DNA of 62,947 bases, counting the filler, from Collodictyon triciliatum (Eukaryota), in the NCBI GenBank assembly GCA_043381765.1. It is 9 parts of 9 records of this genome, joined end to end, with 100 filler letters (N's around TTAATTAATTAA, not from the genome) between each part and the next. Parts side by side here need not be neighbours in the genome. Positions count along the whole stretch, not along the records: positions 56,041 to 62,947 come from JBHJMP010004177.1; 8 more parts are not named here. One strand, given 5' to 3'. A model generated the notes under the pieces. The model ran no database searches and was not told where the DNA came from. It saw nothing but the letters and a program-made list of their open reading frames with translations. Each line of letters begins with the position of its first letter. The first letter of the stretch is position 1. Of the stretch, positions 56,331 to 62,947 are shown in pieces. The position numbers and the translations under genes are program-made.

Positions 56331-59300
56331 ATGGCAAGCAGCCGATGCCCTGTGGTTAGTACTTCCCTCTTTAACAAAGCCACTTTAAATTATCAAGATT
56401 TACTCAAGTTGCCTTTCTCTTCGACTCCAAAGTCCTTTTTCTTTTATCTTCTCTCATAGCCATTTCTCTTCAATGCTCTTCATGCACATAACTTTCACAG
56501 TAATCTTTCTATTTGTTCATTTATGAAATAAGAACAAACTGATTCTGCATCATCTCGAAACAGGGCATCCTGAGCGGACCAGGCTTTAACAGTTCATTTG
56601 TTGTCCGCGCTTTGAATTCCTCGCTTGAAACCCCCGAGAGAGAAATGAAAGAGGGTCCCAAAGAAAATACAAGTACGTCCAAGACATATATGCTGTATTC
56701 TCCTTCGTATCTATATTCAATTGGTTGTAATATGCACTTGAATTTTTTTTAGTTTACAATTTTTTTTATTTTGAAGAGATAGATAACCCTGTTTGTCCAT
56801 GTCAAGTACAACATATAGCAAGAATTGAGTGCCATTTTCCAAAACAAACTAGATAAGAAAACGTTCCTTACATTTGAGGCCAAAGGTGGCGCTTCTTTCA
56901 ATTTGACACTCTATGAACTCGCTTACAACCCAGGCGTAGCGTATGGAGAACAGGTTTTGGGATTTTCTAGGAGCCCTATATTTGAATGGTTCCGTTTATT
57001 TTATTCAACCCTCTTCATTTTCACAATCACCAAACTCATGCCTCTTTGTGTGATTCGCTCAACTGCATTTGATTTTCCTCATGTTTACCTCAATCTGTGG
57101 TTGAGTGCAGATTCTCAAGCTTTGCGATGCTATGGTAATTCTTTCGGATTGCAATTCTTCACAATCTGTTTTGCATGTCGCATCTGTCTTGATTTCCCTA
57201 AGGTGACGCCTCGCTATTCAAAATGAAAACGTTGAATGCATTCAAATATCCTCATCACATTTGCGAGAAGGCAATATTATTAATGTTGCCGTCACTAAAA
57301 ACATCACCCTTTTAGGCAAGTGAAGCATAAGAAGTTCCCCTTAATGATATTTTCTGTGGTCTGGGGTGATGCTTTTTTCCCCTTTTATGTTCCAAATCAG
57401 AATATCTATCGACCGGACTTTCATCCCTCGATTTACAAAACATTTAGTGTAAAATGTGTTCTCATTTCCCCTCGGTCCTGCACAAAAGTTGAAAGGAAGA
57501 ATAAAAAAAAAATAATGTGTTCTCATTTAACAAATGAACAAACCAAAGACGCTGAGAAAGCAGTCCACCTTCGGGATGAGCTCATTCAATTGGCTGCTGT
57601 CCATGACGCCCTCTTATACTTTGTTCAGATTCAAGGCATGTTTGATACCTGCCTATATTCTTCCTTTTTTATTTTTCATATCTTGAAATTTTGATTTATA
57701 ATGCTGCTTATGAAAAGCCCTTCATCATTTATTACCATTAGATTTCACCAGAGAAAATGTGACCGAAGCATTTACTAGTCTACTTAAGCAATATCGTATA
57801 TTTCAGAATTCTGGTGAAGACTCAAAGAAGGTAAAGATAAGTAATTCAATATACCTCTCAAATAAGATACGAATATCCCATTTGTGTACAAAAAAAAAAA
57901 AAAGAAGGAAGAAAGAAAGAGCTCATGTCAATTGTTATTACAAGAGCGACATGCATTCTGCCTTTTGATTAGGTATCAAAATCTGCCGTTGCTCTGACAT
58001 TGAATCGAGTGAAGCAGGGCTACATGTTTAAGCAGGCATGATTTTGAAAATGATGTAGACATTTTGTTACAAAAAAAAACAACTTGGACTTGGACTTGGA
58101 CTCGTATTGGGTTATGAACTCTTTTCGATACGTGATACAGGGTGGAAAGAGAAAAAATTGGAAGCGGAGATACTTTATCCTTCAAAGCAAGAAATTACAA
58201 TATTATAAGGTCAGACTCCTGATATTAATTGTGTAAATTTGAAGGAGAAATAGAGCATTTGTACTTTGACATTTCACTATGTCATCTGCGTACTAAACCC
58301 CAGCCCGATAGGATGAGAAGAGTATGGATATACCAAAAGGCTGCATCGTTTTGGCTGGTGCCACGCTTGTCATCAACAAGTCTCTTTTTCATTTCCCTTG
58401 GGCAGTTTGAGAGAATGAATTCGTTTTTTAAAACAATTTTTGCATAGTTCATTTAGTTCATCTCAATAAATTGTTTTAAATTTAACTATGATTTATTTTA
58501 GGGGCAAAAAGAACCATTTCGACATATGCACTGAAAATCGCACGTATCATATTCGAGTAATTTTTTGGATTGCATATTAATGTTCTGGGCATATGGTCGA
58601 TTATGACCGCTAACTTATCTGCAAAAGCACCCATATTTTCATATATTCATAAAATTCCATCGATGGGACCATGTATATTACGTAAAATGAAAAAAAGAAT
58701 CTTGGATTAACACATAAATTCTTGTATGGTATCTTTTATCATGTGACTGTGGGAAATATATTTATTGAGCCTGTATTTCTAAATACTTTATAACCGGTTA
58801 GACTGAGCTTGATACGGACTGGCTCGAGTGGGTCACTGTTATTAGTCGTGAACTGAGAGGCGGAAGTACTTTTGAGTTACATATTTCAAGGGGGCCCAAA
58901 TACTAATCCATAATCACACATCAGATATGGTTTTTGGAAGCCCACTTGAATATCTTACCACAAAGCGCTCCAGAACAGTTTCATTAACCCTCGAAAAAAT
59001 GGTGAAGTACCTTTGCTTGAAAGGTATTATGAAATTTTCGAAGCGTGCAAATACGGAATCATACCCGATGCTTTTTTCTACCTTTCTCTTTGTTTCTCTT
59101 TCTTCCATTTCAAATTCATTCAGACAAAGTCGCATCATTCATTGACCTAACTAATCACATGAATTGAATCAAACAAGCCCAAACCCCCGACCTTTTCCGA
59201 GCGGACCCGAATCCATCAAGAATAAATGACCTCATGGGCCAATTTGATGCCAGTACAATGTCTTCTCATCTTGAAACAGAAGTCAGCACTCGCAAATAAT

Positions 59301-62300
59301 TTCAGTCTTGTAATGTATTTCCTTCCCTAGATGAAACAAAGGTCAATCTCATCACATACCCAGACCCGCACACGGTTGCACTTCTGCTCAAGAGTATTTA
59401 GTTTAACAGATAGCTTAAGCCCGATATTTTAGAAAGAAAGAAAAAAACTGGCACTTTAACCATGTATTGCTTAGTTATGATACATGCACTCGGCTATTAA
59501 CAGAACATATTTTGCAGTCTTCTACCAAGAAATTCCAGAAAAACTCTTTCCCTTGAAGATGTCGGAACAACTTTTGATGGCTTTCAAGGGTGATTTGTAT
59601 TATATGTTGATTTATTACTCATGGAACTTGCTAATTATTAATTTTTAGATTGATTAGTGTGGTTACGTCAGTTATTTTTTTATTTATATTCCTTTTCAAT
59701 ATTTAACAAGTTAATATCACAGAGTCATTCATCTGTTTATAGGATAGCTACCTTTTTTTTTTTCACTCTTATATTTTCTTGATTTTATTTATTCGTTCTT
59801 ATCCTCTCATCAAATCGTTTTTAATCATCTTCTTTTTCAAAATATTTGAAGAATCTACCTTAGCAAACGAAACAATCGAACAACGCCGTGCAAGATACAA
59901 GGCCATTATCCAGACCCTCCCGAAAGCGCATTTAATCTCATTGAAGGTTTTTTTCCATATATGCAATCTTGTGTTTGTTTTTTTTTATTATCTTTTATGC
60001 AGAATCAGTATTTGTGTAGCTGTTGTAAGAGGCTAACTGATGTGGATGATTAATTAAGGTCCTTTTGAATTTTTTCCTCGAAATATTGAAAAGTGCTTCA
60101 GATAACGGATTGTCAGGTATTATTACTTCACCATTTGCTTTTATGTATGGCCTTCAATTTAATTGACTTTAATCCAATTTTTAAAAATAAAAAATTGACG
60201 TGTAGGCTACGTCCTTGGTTTTCTATTCTACACAACATTATTCTCTGTTCAAAGCGAGGAAACTTTTGAGTGAGTTTACCCCTTCTTGTGCTAGGCATAC
60301 CCTGAGTCTTTCGTATACTGTTGGCCCTGGATATACACGATTTTAACAAATCTGTATACTTATAAACCGCTCTGCTCTGCTTTGCTTTTTTTTTTTTTGG
60401 ATTTAGAACCCTGTACCCGAAGTTGTTCCAGTATTTGGACATTATGGGCGCCATGATTTTTGATGCTAATTTCGTTGAGGTGAGAGTACTTTCTAGAAAT
60501 TATAAAATTTTAGCAGAGCCTACTCAGGCTGTGCAGTTTCAACACGCATGAACAATATGTAGACTGAAGATGTCAGAGTTGATTTCCCACAACCGGAGTC
60601 CAATTCAGACGCACAGACCAGGAGAGAAACCAAGGAGAGAAATCGAAATAATCACTTTTTGGGACAGGTAGGAATTATTGATCGAATTGAAGGACACACT
60701 TTTCTTGAAATACTGTCAATCTCACCCATACTTGAATAAAAAAAAATTAAAATTAAGCTGTCCGAAATGTGGGGCCGCAAATCTGCTGGCACACAGCGTA
60801 CATCTCGTCTAATCCTCAGAACGGGCAGTGTAGAACGATTATCTAATGATTTATAATTAAAATAAGTTGTTATGAATAGATCAATCATGGTGTTTTTTTT
60901 TTTTATTTTTTTTTGTTTTTTTTTTGTTTTTTTTTGTTTTTTTTTTGTTTTTCTGTTTTGTTTATTTTTTTACATCGTGCAGGAAAAGTTATTGCGAGGA
61001 GAAGGGGATTACACTGCCTCCAACGCTGATGTAATACATGAAATAGAAATCAATTGGTTTTTCGTATGATATACTCGCCATCATTTTAAATAAATTCATA
61101 CTTTCCCCTTAATATCACAGGGAAGCTCGAATTCGCTAAGCTCTTCTAACGTATTGACGCCGAAGTCTTTATTTGTATCCAATATTATCCGGTCAGCAAC
61201 CGAAAAGAAACTTGGTAGTTCTTTATCAAATAAATAAATAAATAAATAAATAAATAAAAGGACCATTTCTTCAGTTTTTGAAAATCTAAATGCTTTCGGT
61301 TTCCGAAAACTTGCAAATTTAATAAAACAAAACAAAAGTACCATCCTGCACAAAAAGTTGAAAGGAAGAATAAAAAAAAAAAAGTAAATTTTGGAGAAAA
61401 TTGTATTAATGCTTGTTCCTTCTTTTTCTTTTTCTTTTTCTTTTTCTTTTTCTTTTTCTTTTTCTTTTTCTTTTTCTTTTGAAATTGATAGCGAAAATGC
61501 CTACAAACAACCCTATGAACCACCCACCTCCCAAGCTCGATTCCGGTTAGTTAGAGCTCAAATACTCAATATATTTAGAAATGTACAACTATCGACAAAT
61601 TGACTGCTCTTACCAATAAACCCACTTGATTCTAGGTTGGAAAATTGTTCTCTCTCGGGATAGAAAGATATTCTACTACAACAAGGCCACCAAGACGTCG
61701 TACTGGTCGTATCCGCCTGAAGAAGTTTGCTTTAACTAAAAGTGCAAATATGCTATATCAATTATGTGCGAAAAAGATAAAAAAAAGGTTTTGGAGATTT
61801 AGATATTTTTATTTACTTGACTTTTAATACCATATCCTTAGGTTCTTCGTCCGCCCGTAACCTTAGTCGAGGGGTGGAAAATTGTTGTAGATGAACAAGG
61901 GAACGTCACCTATGAAAATATCATCGACCAGAAGAGCAGTACGGTCTTTCCTGAAGACGAAAATGTAAGATACAATTGAAACATGAATACATTCGTGGGG
62001 AAAATATGGTCTGTGCTATCACACGCAGTATCCCTTTCCCACTATGGATACATACATATTGATATTAGGTCAAGGAGCTCATCGAGCCGTTGAAAAGAAT
62101 CCCATCCGACAAGTTTGACTCAGACGGGCATGCAATCGTCGGCAATCGAAAACAAATGCAGGATAGCTTTTTCATGAATGGAAAATTCCGGGGAAACAGC
62201 AACGGTTGCTTTTACTTATTATTAGTTAACATCTCGTCAACTTCAATACTACGCCAATAGGTGTCACACGTGAGTGGAGCTAGCAGTATTGATTTAGTAT

Positions 62301-62783
62301 TTACACTTTGCAATTAAATCTCATTAGAGGAGTTATACGGAGTCTTTGACGGGCACGGCTCCATATTCACTGCAGCCTATTGCTCAAAGAATTTTGCCAA
62401 CGTCTTTGCTGGTAGCACTATATAACCCTCCCTTTTTTTTTTTTAACACGTTGTTCCTGTTCTTTCATTTTTTTTTGACCCCTTTTCCCCCTGCTTAATC
62501 CCCAATTTTAAGTACAGTGGCTTGTCCCAAAAATAATCGATATCGTATGCTGAGTACTTCTGTTGGCGCACTATAGAGCACTTGCTGGATATTGAAAAAT
62601 CAGAACCGAATCCGTCAAATGAGACAATAATTGATGCGCTTCAAAGGACATTCGAGTCAGTCGACCTTGGCGTCAAGTCGTGGAGTCAATTCTTTGGAAC
62701 AACGGCACTGGTTGTATACATTCGAAATAGGACGGTTTTTGTCGCAAACTCTGGGGATTCGAAAGCGATGATGATTCAAAAAG
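56331..62783 (+). CDS. Multidomain PH-RhoGAP-WW-WW-PP2C protein, 3' truncated
   Basis: PH: KQGYMFKQ|GGKRKNWKRRYFIL...YYK|DEKSMDIPKGCIVL. RhoGAP: VFGSPLE, DLFRADPN, DPHTVALLLK|IFYQEIPEKLFP, IIQTLPKAHLISLK. WW: GWKIVLSRDRKIFYYNKATKTSYWSYP. PP2C: GNRKQMQDS, YGVFDGHG, GTTALVVYI..VANSGDS. Start is tentative. Confidence 0.8.
57468..57513 (+). mobile_element. Family B short poly(A) retro-insertion in an intron, 15-bp TSD
   Basis: CCCCTCGGTCCTGCACAAAAGTTGAAAGGAAGAAT-A-tail flanked by AATGTGTTCTCATTT at 57453-57467 and 57514-57528. Confidence 0.8.
61341..61379 (+). mobile_element. Family B retro-insertion copy 2 in an intron, possible 7-bp TSD AAAAGTA
   Basis: TCCTGCACAAAAAGTTGAAAGGAAGAAT-A-tail, nearly identical to 57476-57512. 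Confidence 0.65.
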
Positions 62784-62829
62784 GTATAGTCTTAGAAGAA
62801 ATAAACCATAAAAGCTGTCTTTCAACATA

Positions 62830-62947
62830 ATACATACATACATACATACATACATACATACATACATACATACATACATACATACATACATACATACATA
62901 CATACATACATACATACATACATACATACATACATTCATACATACAT
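62830..62947. repeat. (ATAC)n microsatellite, intronic, at scaffold end
   Basis: Seen directly in the sequence. Confidence 0.95.

Overview
AT-rich, intron-rich eukaryotic DNA in the standard genetic code, probably from a flagellated microbial eukaryote (it has an AK7 gene). The window is not contiguous. It is nine unrelated scaffolds of about 6.9 kb joined by artificial 100-nt spacers (N44-TTAATTAATTAA-N44), and many scaffold ends fall in microsatellites. Genes rebuilt by hand from exons: an LRR/Cys-rich/multi-TM receptor with 13 consecutive one-LRR-per-exon modules, the 5' end of a paralog of it, adenylate kinase 7 (in permuted order with a diverged 0.8-kb overlap), a pappalysin-like M43B metalloprotease (5' part), an intronless multi-pass membrane protein, phytochelatin synthase, a Rab1/Rab8-like GTPase, an RNF115/126-like RING-H2 ligase, ARL1, an HSL-family esterase, TRIR/C19orf43, a TKL kinase probably fused to Mib/HERC2 domains, an AIR9/SCAB-like Ig protein, and a PH-RhoGAP-WW-WW-PP2C multidomain protein. 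Mobile DNA includes a broken LINE APE endonuclease, two families of very short poly(A)-tailed retro-insertions (most with target-site duplications), a MITE-like inverted repeat and minisatellites. All family assignments come from motif recognition, not database searches.
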